Source: Tubiluchus corallicola (Eukaryota; Animalia; Priapulida). Taken from it: DNA of 62,784 nucleotides. The notes under the pieces are model-generated. The model worked only from the letters and a program-made list of their open reading frames with translations. It was not told the origin of the DNA and ran no database searches. Where the stretch lies: assembly GCA_030141605.1 (NCBI GenBank), contig JAQGDQ010001099.1:1-62784 (forward strand). Direction: 5' to 3'. Positions 11,535-45,500 of this stretch are shown here, in pieces. How positions within the stretch are numbered: position 1 is the stretch's first letter; each line of letters starts with the position of its first letter. The position numbers and the translations under genes were made by a program.

Positions 11535-11804
11535 GATGATGATGATGATGATGGAGATGATGATGATGATGATGATAATGATGCTGATGTTGTTGTTGTT
11601 GTTGTTGTTGATGATGATGATGATGATGATGATGATAATGATGACAACGATGGTGGTTTAGATATATTTATTCATCCAATTGACACACTAGAACAAAATA
11701 CAAGTTATGCAATTACAAATTAACAATGCATTGCAGTGCTATGAGCGCGGCAGAAGAAATTAACCTACAAGCTTCGATCAACATGGATAAGACTAAATTA
11801 CTGA

Positions 11805-11846
<42 letters not shown>

Positions 11847-11940
11847 AACATTAAATGAAGCAAAGCAAACAGATGCGAGAAAACGATAAGGAAGATGTTG
11901 TTGTTGATGACGATGATAATGATGATGTTGATGACGATGA
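11146..11940. repeat. Compound (GAT/GTT)n microsatellite repeat related to 25325-26018; mirror ~50878-51651
   Basis: Shares TTCATCCATTTAGCACAATGTAACAAAA and CGAATTAACAATGCATTGCAGTGCTATGA blocks with 25325-26018. Confidence 0.85.
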
Positions 11941-11984
11941 AGTGATTAGGTGCAGTCATTTCTAGAGAAAGTCGGCTCGAGTAC

Positions 11985-32150
<20,166 letters not shown>

Positions 32151-32202
32151 CTGAAACAAATGTACGTTTGATACGTGTTATTGCAATGACCGGTGGACAG
32201 AA

Positions 32203-32845
32203 GTGTTGCTTGCAAACCAAAATCGTCCACAAGTCGGCATAGTCAAAACTACGTTATGATGCTTCAAAGTTGAATGCACTAAAATTTGGTCAATTTTATA
32301 AAAACCACTGCTAAATATATTCCGGTTTTATATTCTAGCATCAAATTATCAAGAAAATGTTAAAAAATACCAAAAACCAATTTATTAACCCCGTGCCCAC
32401 TTTCCTGATTATAAACTAGTACTGCAATTACAAAAAACTTGTATTTTCAAACTCTGATGGCAGCTCATGGAAGCAGCCATTTTGCTTTGGTTTTTTTCTG
32501 TTGTCGAACCCAGATCTTCGTCAGGAAGAGCCATCTACTGGATTTAAACATAACTACAATGTGTTCTTGCAAAGTCCGTAGCAACCAACATCAGTACGGT
32601 TGCTAAGCGTTTTGAAGAAACGCGACAAAAAACAATGGCTGACTTTAACAGTGATTTTCTCAAGATTATGTTTTTCACTGTGCAGCCTGCACCTCAACTT
32701 CAACGTGGATTATCTCAGCTTAGAAATAACATAGAGTGATGAACTTGGTATCAAAATGATCCTCATGAAATGAAGATTCAGGATATGTGAATAACTAGAA
32801 AAGGTTAATTGATGACTTATGGACGATTTTGCTATGCAAGCACAT
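32203..32845. mobile_element. Diverged independent copy of the ~640-bp TIR element, in the central spacer
   Basis: Colinear similarity to 13063-13700; TIRs TGCTTGCAAACCAAAATCGTCCACAAGTC / GACTTATGGACGATTTTGCTATGCAAGCA. Confidence 0.72.
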
Positions 32846-32965
32846 AAATCATCAGTGGACAGCACATGGGTCCACTAAAAGCTTCATAACAAATATGGAA
32901 AGTCACACTGTGGATAAAATACATTTTACAAGAGGTAAGTGATGAAGCTAATAATGGGTCTGATT

Positions 32966-32966
<1 letters not shown>

Positions 32967-32996
<30 letters not shown>

Positions 32997-33270
32997 AAGA
33001 GAGAGGGGGAGACAGAGAAGAAAGAAAGATGGACAGAGAGGGGGTGGAAGAGAAAGGAAAGAGAGACAGAGAGGGGGAGGAAGAGAAAGGAAGAGAGAGG
33101 GGGAGGAGGGAGGAAGAGAGAGACGAGAGAGAGAGAAACAGATAGAGAGAGAGAGAGAGAGAGAGAGGCAGACAGAGAAAGAGAGAAAGAGAGAGAGAAA
33201 CAGATAGAGAAAGAGAGAGAGAGAGAGAAAGAATGAGAGAGAGAGAGAGAAAGAAGCAGAGAAAGAAAGA
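32967..33270. repeat. Degenerate (GA)n polypurine tract at the right edge of the central spacer
   Basis: Purine-rich run abutting the right outer arm. Confidence 0.95.
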
Positions 33271-33317
33271 GCAATACTTCCCTAACATGCTTGATAAAAT
33301 GTTTTTTATCATGGAAG

Positions 33318-33511
33318 GATATAGAAGAGAAGGAACTGACCGCACAACCAAATCTCTTGTGCCACTTTGCCTCCGGGGTCGGCGACAACAAGTACCTTGC
33401 TGTGCCAAGTTGGCAGAAGCTGAATAAAATCCTCGTCGACGCTCTAGACGGTTACAACGAACTCAACGCTGCCATGAATTTAGTCCTCTTTGAAGATGCC
33501 ATGCAACATGT
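33318..33511 (+). CDS. Dynein exon DIEEKELT...[13 protein letters not shown]; copy at 29309-29502(-)
   Basis: aag|GAT ... GT|gtaagc, 194 nt. Confidence 0.9.
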
Positions 33512-36500
33512 GTAAGCAACATCTTGAAACATTTACTCTCATTGCCAGATCCAAATTGCTTGAGTTATTAACAGGCTAAACCAGGCTAAACCATCTGACT
33601 AGCCGGGCCACATTAAACTTTCCCGCAATTCCTGCAGGCCACAGGCAGTTTGATCAAGAAGCCAAGTACAGAAAGGCCTAATAACGATTTTTTTTGCATC
33701 CGACCTGCGTACATCATTACTACTACACTCAAGAAACTATTTTAGAAGTTATTAAAATTTATATTACAAACCATATATTTCTACTTTCAGGACAGATAGT
33801 GGTAATTTCATTACAATGCATATTAGTAATGTGTATCACACAGTGTGTTCATTACAATGCATATTAGTAATGTGCATCACACAGTCAGTTCATTACAATG
33901 CATATTAGTAATGTGTATCACACAGTCTGTTCATTACAATGCATATTAGTAATGTGCATCACACAGTCTGTTCATTACAATGCATATTAGTAATGTGTAT
34001 CACACAGTCTGTTCATTACAGTGCATATTAGTAATGTGCATCACACAGTCTGTTCATTACAATGCATATTAGTAATGTGCATCACACAGTCTGTTCATTA
34101 CAATGCATATTAGTAATGTGCATCACACAGTCTGTTCATTACAATGCATATTAGTAATGTGCATCACACAGTCTGTTCATTACAATGCATATTAGTAATG
34201 TGCATCACACAGTCTGTTCATTACAATGCATATTAGTAATGTGCATCACACAGTCTGTTCATTACAATGCATATTAGTAATGTGCATCACACAGTCTGTT
34301 CATTACAATGCATATTAGTAATGTGTATCACACAGTCTGTTCATTACAATGCATATTAGTAATGTGCATAACACAGTCGTTCATTACAATGCATATTAGT
34401 AATGTGATAACAGTCTGTTCATTACAATGCATATTAGTAAGTGCATCACACAGTCTGTTCATACATGCATATTAGTAATGGCATCACACAGTCTGTTCAT
34501 TACAATGCATATTAGTAATGTGCATCACACAGTCTGTTCATTACAATGCATATTAGTAATGTGCATCACACAGTCTGTTCATTACAATGCATATTAGTAA
34601 TGTGCATCACACAGTCTGTTCATTACAATGCATATTAGTAATGTGCATCACACAGTCTGTTCATTACAATGCATATTAGTAATGTGCATCACACAGTCTG
34701 TTCATTACAATGCATATTAGTAATGTGCATCACACAGTCTGTTCATTACAATGCATATTAGTAATGTGTATCACACAGTCTGTTCATTACAATGCATATT
34801 AGTAATGTGCATAACACAGTCTGTTCATTACAATGCATATTAGTAATGTGCATAACACAGTCTGTTCATTACAATGCATATTAGTAATGTGCATCACACA
34901 GTCTGTTCATTACAATGCATATTAGTAATGTGCATCACACAGTCTGTTCATTACAATGCATATTAGTAATGTGTATCACACAGTCTGTTCATTACAATGC
35001 ATATTAGTAATGTGCATCACACAGTCTGTTCATTGTATTAGTAATGTGCATCACACAGTCTGTTCATTACAATGCATATTAGTAATGTGTATCACACAGT
35101 CTGTTCATTACAATGCATATTAGTAATGTGCATAACACAGTCTGTTCATTACAATGCATATTAGTAATGTGCATCACACAGTCTGTTCATTACAATGCAT
35201 ATTAGTAATGTGCATCACACAGTCTGTTCATTACAATGCATATTAGTAATGTGCATCACACAGTCTGTTCATTACAATGCATATTAGTAATGTGCATCAC
35301 ACAGTCTGTTCATTACAATGCATATTAGTAATGTGCATCACACAGTCTGTTCATTACAATGCATATTAGTAATGTGTATCACACAGTCTGTTCATTACAA
35401 TGCATATTGTGTGCATCACACAGTCTGTTCATTACAATGCATATTAGTAATGTGCATCACACAGTCTGTTCATTACAATGCATATTAGTAATGTGCATCA
35501 CACAGTCTGTTCATTGCATATTAGTAATGTCACACACACACATATTAGTAATGGCATCACACAGTCTGTTCATTACAATGCATATTAGTAATGTGCATCA
35601 CACAGTCTGTTCATTACAATGCATATTAGTAATGTGCATCACACAGTCTGTTCATTACAATGCATATTAGTAATGTGCATCACACAGTCTGTTCATTACA
35701 ATGCATATTAGTAATGTGCATCACACAGTCTGTTCATTACAATGCATATTAGTAATGTGCATCACACAGTCTGTTCATTACAATGCATATTAGTAATGTG
35801 TATCACACAGTCTGTTCATTACAATGCATATTAGTAATGTGCATCACACAGTCTGTTCATTACAATGCATATTAGTAATGTGCATCACACAGTCTGTTCA
35901 TTACAATGCATATTAGTAATGTGCATCACACAGTCTGTTCATTACAATGCATATTAGTAATGTGTATCACACAGTCTGTTCATTACAATGCATATTAGTA
36001 ATGTGCATCACACAGTCTGTTCATTACAATGCATATTAGTAATGTGCATCACACAGTCTGTTCATTACAATGCATATTAGTAATGTGCATCACACAGTCT
36101 GTTCATTACAATGCATATTAGTAATGTGCATCACACAGTCTGTTCATTACAATGCATATTAGTAATGTGCATCACACAGTCTGTTCATTACAATGCATAT
36201 TAGTAATGTGCATCACACAGTCTGTTCATTACAATGCATATTAGTAATGTGTATCACACAGTCTGTTCATTACAATGCATATTAGTAATGTGCATCACAC
36301 AGTCTGTTCATTACAATGCATATTAGTAATGTGCATCACACAGTCTGTTCATTACAATGCATATTAGTAATGTGCATCACACAGTCTGTTCATTAGAATG
36401 CATATTAGTAATGTGTATCACACAGTCTGTGTAGTACAGTGACATTAAGCGGCTATAGTTTACGTCGCAAACTTACTTTAAAGTTATTCCAAGTTTCATC

Positions 36501-39500
36501 TTTTCTCAAATTTTTTCATTACTTTTTTCTCATGAAGATGTCGCATCAGTCGCATCTTGGAGTCGCCTCGCGGTAACGCGTTGCTGGTCGGAGTCGGAGG
36601 CAGCGGAAAGCAGAGCCTCGCTCGTCTCGCTGCGTACATCGCTGGCTTGGAGGTGTTCCAAATTACCCTCGGGAAGGGATACGGAATTCCGGATCTAAAG
36701 GTTTGCTTAACTTTCTTCATCGCAGCTGATTCTAGAGATTTTTGTTTTCAAATTGACAAAGCGGCAACAGTCGGGGGGGCGGGGGTGTTAACTAATAGGC
36801 TGACTCATAGCACTGCAATGCATTGTTAATTTGTAATTTTATAACTTGTATTTTGTTTTACTGTGTCAATTGGATGAATAAATATATCTAATCCACCATC
36901 GTTGTCATCTTCATCATCATCAACAACATCAACAACAACAACAACATCATCAGCATCATCATCATCAACTCCATCATCATCATCATCAACAACATCAGCA
37001 TCAACATCATCATCTCCATCATCATCATCATCATCATCAACAACAACAACAACAACAACAACATCATCATCATCAGCATCATCATCATTATCATCTTCTC
37101 ACATCCATTTTCTTTGGTCCAATTAACGTATTTGTTGTTGTTCACGTCATTAATTTAGTCTTATCCAAGTTGAGCGAAGCTTGTAGGTTAAATTGTTCTG
37201 CTACGCTCATAGCACTGCATTGCATTGTTAATTCGTAATCGTATAACTTGTCTTTTGTTACATTGTGCTAAATGGATGAATAAATAAATCTAAATCACCA
37301 TTGTTGTTGTCATCATCATCATCATCATCAACATCTTCCTTATCGTCTTCTCACATCATTTGCTTCGCTCCAATTAACGTAATTTTACTTGTTTATGTCA
37401 TTAATGAAGTCTTATCCACGTTTATTTCCTCTGCTATGCTCATAGCACTGCATTGCATTGTTAATTCGTAATCGTATAACTCGTTATGTTTGTGCTAAAT
37501 GTACGAGTAATAGCACACGTAATAGCAAATGTAATAGCAAATGTAATAGCAAATCTGAATGTGAAATACTTTGCTATTTTAGGCCGACCTGGCTGCTCTC
37601 TACTTGAAAGCGGGCTTGAAGAACATCGGCGTCATGTTTCTGATGACGGACGCTCAAGTGGCCGACGAGAAATTCCTGGTCCTCATCAACGACTTGCTGG
37701 CTTCCGGAGAGATCCCGGATTTATTCCCGGATGACGAGGCGAGTGTCTGGAGAAAAATTTTGGTTTTTTTTCGCAACTGCAAACTAATTACATTTTTCTA
37801 ATGATTAGAAAAGGTCTTTCGTTCGCTTAATTATCTTTTTTAAATTAAGTTAATTAATTATTAAGTAATTAGATTTAATTAAGATTAGATTTAATAATTA
37901 AATCTAATTAATTAGATTATGTGTTCATTCGCTTAATTATCTCTTTTTAAATTAAGTTAATTAATTATTAAGTAACTAGATTTAATTAAGATTAGATTTC
38001 ATAATTAAATCTAATTAATTATTTAGATTATGTGTTCGTTCGCTTAATTATCTTTTTTTAAATTAAGTTAATTAATTATTAAGTAATTAGATTTAATTAA
38101 GATTAGATTTCATAATCTTAATTAATTAATTAGCTCTTTTTTACTTAATTTCTTTCGTTGTTTAGATAGAGAACATCATCGGAGCTTTAAGGAACGAAGT
38201 CAGGCAGCAAGGCATGATAGACAGCCGTGAGAACTGCTGGCGCTACTTCATCGATCGAGTTCGTAGAATGCTAAAGGTACTCCGCAATTTGAGATGGAAT
38301 TTGCGTGTAAATCTTGGCACACGACCGGTGTCGTCATACAGTAGTAGAAAGTGTGCCTGTATTCACAGTTGCTGTATTCTGGGTCTTTTCCTGGGACTTG
38401 CTGTATTTTGGTAAAATAGATGAGTTTCTAAAGATCGCCAACGGCTTCAACAGTAATGTGACTTTGTAAATACTGTTTTAGTTTTGTCCCGCCTATCTCT
38501 ATTGTGAACTTATGGTTGTTTATGTAATGAGCAGATTAAACAATTACTTGTGGTGTATTAGAAAGAAACACTACTAACCTAGTTTCTACATTAGCGTTAT
38601 TAATTACGTGTATTTGCATAGCATGTATATTCAAGCAGGCTGCGCAGCCTTGCACCTGTTCGTTATGTGGCACTTATATAAAAGATGCTCTCGTTAACTG
38701 CCTGTGGTGTGACAAAAAGTGGCCCTTTACAGACATTGCAAATACAAAAATATCATAATCAAAGAGTTTTGTTTGTTAATGTCATAAGTATTATTGTGTT
38801 TTTGTGTGAGATAAGCAAAACTTAAGAGGGTATCGCAACAATGTGGGGTATTCCTCATACGCATTGTTAACGTGAATAAACATGTTAGATAAACATGTCA
38901 AAACAGAGCAAAATTTAGTTATAAATTGCCAGGTTGCTCGTCTTGCGTCCTCCGTGCCTGTGGAACAGGTGCTGAGATGGTAAAAAGCACCTACAAGACT
39001 GTCGAAACCATTACATCCCATCATATTTATTGATGCCAGTGTGCAATGGCTTCGTAACGGACAGAACCATTACGGCGAAGGGGTGGGGGTGAAAACACGC
39101 CGTTTCTCTAGCGATACAATATTGTTTTCATTAGGTTGTGCTGTGTTTTTCTCCCGTGGGAGCGACTCTGCGAATTCGCGGACGAAAGTTCCCCGCCATC
39201 GTTAACTGCACGGCGATTGATTGGTTCCACGAATGGCCCCAAGAGGCGCTGGTGTCCGTCAGCCGCCGCTTCATAGGCGAGATCGAAATTTTGTCGGTAA
39301 GTCGCCGTTTGTCGTGTGTTTAGACTTTTGATTTGTATGATTGAATAATGTATTTACAAGCAATGGTACAGGCTGTTTCTGCTTGCGTTCAACAAACATA
39401 GGGGACATACAACGATGTAAAATTTTCGTCCGATTTCGAAGACCTACTTACCCAGGGGCGTATCAACACTTTACGACGCCCAAGGCTGACAGTTTTGTCC

Positions 39501-42500
39501 CGCCCATCTCTATTGTGAATTTATGATTGTTTATGTAATGAGCAGATTAAATAATTACTTGTGGTGTATTAGAAACACTATTTACCTAGTTTCTACGTTG
39601 GCGTTATTAATTACATGCTTTTGCATAGCGCTTATATTTGAGCAGGCTGTGCAACTGATTGTTGTTTACTACCTTGCACCTGTTCGTTATGTTGCACTTA
39701 TATAAAAGCTGCTCTCAGTAACTGCCTGTGGCGTGATTAAATGCGCGCTTTGCGTGAGTGTGAAATTATACACATTTTCCGAGGAGAAAAAGGATTTTTC
39801 TAAAACGTGACACCCTGAAACTTTGGCGCCCTAAGTTATAGCTTAATTAGCCTATTGGTACCAATGAACCAAACTTTTGTCTCAATTGTAGCTCCATAAC
39901 TAAGCCTGTTAAGTGTCGTTAACATACGGTACCAATGAACCAAACTTTTGTCTCAATTGTAGCTCCATAACTAAGCCTGTTAAGTGTCGTTAACATACGG
40001 TACCAATGAACCAAACTTTTGTCTCAATTGTAGCCCCATAATTTAGACTGTTCAGTGTCGTTAACATACGGTACCAATGAACCAAACTTTTGTCTCAATT
40101 GTAGCCCCATAATTTAGACTGTTCAGTGTTGTTAACATACGGTACCAATGAACCAAACTTTTGCCTCAATTGTAGCTCCATGACTAAGGCTGTTCAGTGT
40201 TGTTAACATACGGTACCAATGAACCAAACTTTTGCCTCAATTGTAGCTCCATGACTAAGGCTGTTCAGTGTTGTTAACATACGGTACCAATGAACCAAAC
40301 TTTTGTCTCAATTGTAGCTCCATGACTAAGGCTGTTCAGTGTTGTTAACATACTGTACCAATGAACCAAACTTTTGTCTCAATTGTAGCCCCTATAACTA
40401 AGGCTGTTTAGTGTTGTCAACATGCGGTACCAATGAACCAAATTTTGTCTCAATTGTAGCCCCATGACTAAGGCTGTTCAGTGTTGTTAACATACGGTAC
40501 CAATGAACCAAACTTTTGTCTCAATTGTAGCCCCATAACTAAGCCTGTTAAGTGTCGTTAACATACGGTACCAATGAACCAAACTTTTGTCTCAATTGTA
40601 GCCCCATGACTAAGGCTCTACAGTGTTGTTAACATACGGTACCAATGAATCAAACTTTTGTCTCAATTGTAGCCCCATAATTTAGACTGTTCAGTGTTGT
40701 TAACATACGGTACCAATGAACCAAACTTTTGTCTCAATTGTAGCCCCATAACTAAGACTGTTCAGTGTTGTTAACATACGATACCAATGAACCAAACTTT
40801 TGTCTCAATTGTAGCCCCATAACTAAGCCTGTAAAGTGTCGTTAACATACGGTACCAATGAACCAAACTTTTGCCTCAATTGTAGCTCCATAACTAAGGC
40901 TGTTCAGTGTTGTTAACATACGGTACCAATGAACCAAACTTTTGTCTCAATTGTAGCTCCATGACTAAGGCTGTTCAGTGTTGTTAACATACTGTACCAA
41001 TGAACCAAACTTTTGTCTCAATTGTAGCCCCATAACTAAGGCTGTTCAGTGTTGTCAACATGCAGTACCAATGAACCAAATTTTGTCTCAATTGTAGCCC
41101 CATGACTAAGGCTGTTCAGTGTTGTTAACATACGGTACCAATGAACCAAACTTTTGTCTCAATTGTAGCCCCATGACTAAGGCTGTACAGTGTTGTTAAC
41201 ATACGGTACCAATGAATCAAACTTTTGTCTCAATTGTAGCCCCATAATTTAGACTGTTCAGTGTTGTTAACATACGGTACCAATGAACCAAACTTTTGTC
41301 TCAATTGTAGCCCCATGACTAAGCCTGTACAGTGTTGTTAACATACGGTACCAATGAACCAAATTTTTGTCTCAATTGTAGCCCCATGACTAAGACTGTT
41401 CAGTGTTGTTAACATACAATACCAATGAACCAAACTTTTGTCTCAATTGCAGCCGGAAGTGATGGATTCGGTGTCGTTATTCATGGCCTACGTTCACACG
41501 TCTGTTAACGAGCTAAGCAAGACCTATCTGGCCAACGATCGTCGGTACAACTACACCACGCCCAAGAGTTTTCTAGAACAGATCAAGCTTTACCAGAACT
41601 TGCTGAACAAGGGCCACAACGAACTTATGGTGAGTAGTCTTTAGTCTTTACACTTACACTTATGAGGTGACTAGTTGGCCTAGTTATAGACAAACCCTCG
41701 TGGGTAGTCGTATAGTGCTCTAGTCTTTACACTTACACTTATGAGGTGACTAGTCATATATTGCTCTAGTCTTTACACTTACGCTTATGAGGTGACTAGT
41801 CATATATTGCTATAGTCTTTACACTTACGCTTATGAGGTGACTAGTCATATATTGCTATAGTCTTTACACTTACGCTTATGAGGTGACTAGTCATATATT
41901 GCTATAGTCTTTACACTTACGCTTATGAGGTGACTAGTCGTATATTGCTATAGTCTTTACACTTACGCTTATGAGGTGACTAGTCGTATATTGCTCTAGT
42001 CTTTACACTTACGCTTATGAGGTGACTAGTCGTATATTGCTAGAGTCTTTACACTTACGCTTATGAGGTGACTAGTCATATATTGCTATAGTCTTTACAC
42101 TTACACTTATAAGGTGACTAGTCATATATTGCTGTAGTCTTTACACTTACGCTTATGAGGTGACTAGTCGTATATTGCTCTAGTCTTTACACTTACGCTT
42201 ATGAGATGACTAGTCGTATATTGCTCTAGTCTTTACACTTACACTTATGAGGTGACTAGTCGTATATTGCTCTAGTCTTTACACTTACGCTTATGAGGTG
42301 ACTAGTCGTATATTGCTCTAGTCTTTACACTTACGCTTATGAGGTGACTAGTCGTATATTGCTCTAGTCTTTACACTTACGCTTATGAGGTGACTAGTCA
42401 TATATTGCTCTAGTCTTTACACTTACGCTTATGAGGTGACTAGTCGTATATTGCTCTAGTCTTTACACTTACGCTTATGAGGTGACTAGTCGTATATTGC

Positions 42501-45500
42501 TGTAGTCTTTACACTTACGCTCATGAGGTGACTAGTCGTATATTGCTCTAGTCTTTACACTTACGCTTATGAGGTGACTAGTCGTATATTGCTCTAGTCT
42601 TTACACTTACGTTTATAAGGTGACTAGTCATATATTGCTATAGTCTATACACGTACGCTTATGAGGTGACTAGTCGTATATTGCTCTAGTCTACACTTAT
42701 GCTTATGAGGTGACTAGTCGTATATTGCTTTAGTCTTTACACTTACGCTTATGAGGTGACTAGTCGTATATTGCTCTAGTCTTTACACTTACGCTTATGA
42801 GGTGACTAGTCGTATATTGCTCTAGTCTTTACACTTACACTTATAAGGTGACTAGTCATATATTGCTATAGTCTTTACACTTACGCTTATGAGGTGACTA
42901 GTCGTATGTTGCTCTAGTCTTTACACTTACGCTTATGAGGTGACTAGTCGTAAGTGTAAAGACTAGTTCTTCCATGACTAGCACATGCTCTTGTAGAAAA
43001 AATTTCTGGGTGTCTGTTTATTACAAATTACGTACTTTAACCTTTGCATAGAGTTAAATGTACAGTATGAAACAGGTTTGCAAGGGCAGATCCATGCAAC
43101 CATGAGTAAACATTTTTACTCCAGAAGAAGCGCAGTACTGGCGTAGCTCTCGACACGTGACCTCTGACCTCTCACGTAACTGTGACCTCTCTTACTTGCT
43201 TGCAGAGTAAGATCGATCGTCTGGAAAGCGGTTTGGAGAAGCTCCGCACGACGGCGCTGCAGGTGGACGAGTTGAAGGCGATACTCGCGGAGCAGGAAGT
43301 GGAGCTGACGCAGAAGAACGAAGACGCGGACAAACTCATTCAGGTGAAAAAGTTTTTTTTATACACCTTTTCCGCTCCGCAGTTTGAGTTGGAGTGCTCG
43401 GTGGGCCGAATTTACGTGTAGGGGGACCAGAACGTATTTTGCTTTCAAGAATAATCCTTTAACCCTTTCACTACGGAAGACGGCATGCTGCCTACGTTTT
43501 TCATGCAAGGGACGGAAGGCGGTAGACTGCCGCCCAAGCTCAGTAATAAGCACAATCACCCAGGTCTGTTTATTTCACTGCTATGGTCACGCAAAAACAT
43601 TGTAGAAAAGTTTAGCAGCCCTGGGATTGGGGTTGCTTTGCTACAAGTAATGCTAACCAGCCAATCAGCATCAGAAACCAGGTGCAGTCCACAATACTGT
43701 ACTGTATGGTATGTTCCCATGCAAAATCACTTGTAGATCGTTGATGAAACCTATAGTGTTTAGTTCATTGTTCTGCATTCTTATAAAATGATTGCATATT
43801 ATAAATTAGTAACATGACTTTTGTGAAAACTGGTTTCTAAATATAAGTACATGCTTATTTATGAATGTGTGCACGTGTGTGTGTGTGTGTTTGCGTGCAT
43901 GCGTGCGTGTGTGTGTGCATGAGTTCATGTATGTGTGGTCACATGTGTAGAAACAAAACTAATATTTAATATTAGTACTCAATAACAAGCAACTATTTGT
44001 TTATTTACAAAATTCTGTTTTGGTAACACACCATAAGAAGTTATTGTCAAATGTGCAAAAGTCGGCGTGATGCAGTTAAAAAGCAACTACGTAGTGAAAG
44101 GGTTAAGATAAGACACGCAGCCAAGAGAGGTTGCTTACCTGTGTTCTGTTGTGTGCACGTGTCATTCTTTAGTGAAAGAAGTAGTCAGAAGTAGTAAATT
44201 AGATCAAACTCTCCAGGAACATTTTCCTCAGCTGTCACTAATCCATTTATTAGCCAGGCACAGCGATGCTTAAACTTGTCCACCTATCACACACGGTACC
44301 AGTTAGCTATTTACTTTGCTTTACTTGAAGTCAAAATATTGTTTTATAAAAGGACTTTTAAAGTTAATATACCTTTTATTGTTATTGGCATCCTTCTGTC
44401 TAAGAAGACAATGGAATGTGCGCCAAGAGAGTCCGATCCTTGAACGTCTCCAGGGCGCATGCCAAGGCAAGGTGTATGGAGATCCTGAGTTGCCCAGACC
44501 GCAGGAACCCCCTCTCTTCCTCCCTTGTGTAGTCCAAAGGAAAGCGGAGCGATACGTTTGGCACCAGGTTGGCTGCAGGAGCTGCCGGAGTCAGTGAGCA
44601 TGTTGCACTGGTCCGCCTTGATTTGGAAGATTTACTCCTCTACACATGGCCGTTGGTTCACATGACCTCCTCCGCCCTCTAGCCGTTGGCTGCTTGTACA
44701 GCTCCTGCGCCTAGTGTCAAGATACAATGTACGCATCCTTTTATAGCTGCATAATAAGTGTTTAAATCACTTTATACCTATTTTGAAATGACATACCTTT
44801 CTATAATACTGCTGCGGAGGCGGCCAAGAGGTCGAGGGTTCAAATCTAAGTCAGCCATGTTGCAGACAAATGTTGTAAATGAGAAAATACGCAAGAAATG
44901 TAAAAATTTCAACAGAAAATTAAGATGAAAACTTTCCTCATGCTGATCGTGACTACGGAACAGGTGCTTAGGTGGTAAACGTTCCTCTCCGTCTGCCAAT
45001 TGAACGGGGGCAAAATGCAGTTTATTTTCGACCCCCCTCTACGTTGAGATGGTTTGATCCTTCACGAAGCCATTCGCATAGCTGCCATACAGTGGTGATA
45101 TGCAACAGCTTCATGTTGGATCGAACCATCACAACGTAGAGGCGGGTCGAAAATAAATTGCATTTTACCCGCGTAACAGTATATTAGCATATTTGTATAG
45201 AAGCTATTCTAAAAAACTTTTTAGTTGTAATTAGTTTATATTGGACTGCCATCCGCTCATAGCGGAGGCAGGACGGATCGCACCGCGGCCCACACCGTGC
45301 AGCATGTCTTAATTATGTCATTCAACGCTTCACCCATAAACAAAGATTGAATAATAGAGTCAGTCGAAATGACAATTTATTATTGAATTTTACACGTTAA
45401 ATAAGGAACGACCAGCTTACCTACAGGAACAGAGTTTGCGAGAAAAGCCTGAGAAATGTGAACAGAGCTGCACATGCTACGAAAGACATGACCACTGACA

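Noticed and set aside
11231-11647. Poly-S/T/Q/H/M ORFs, also at ~25700, ~36900 and ~51200
   Set aside because: Trinucleotide microsatellite translations
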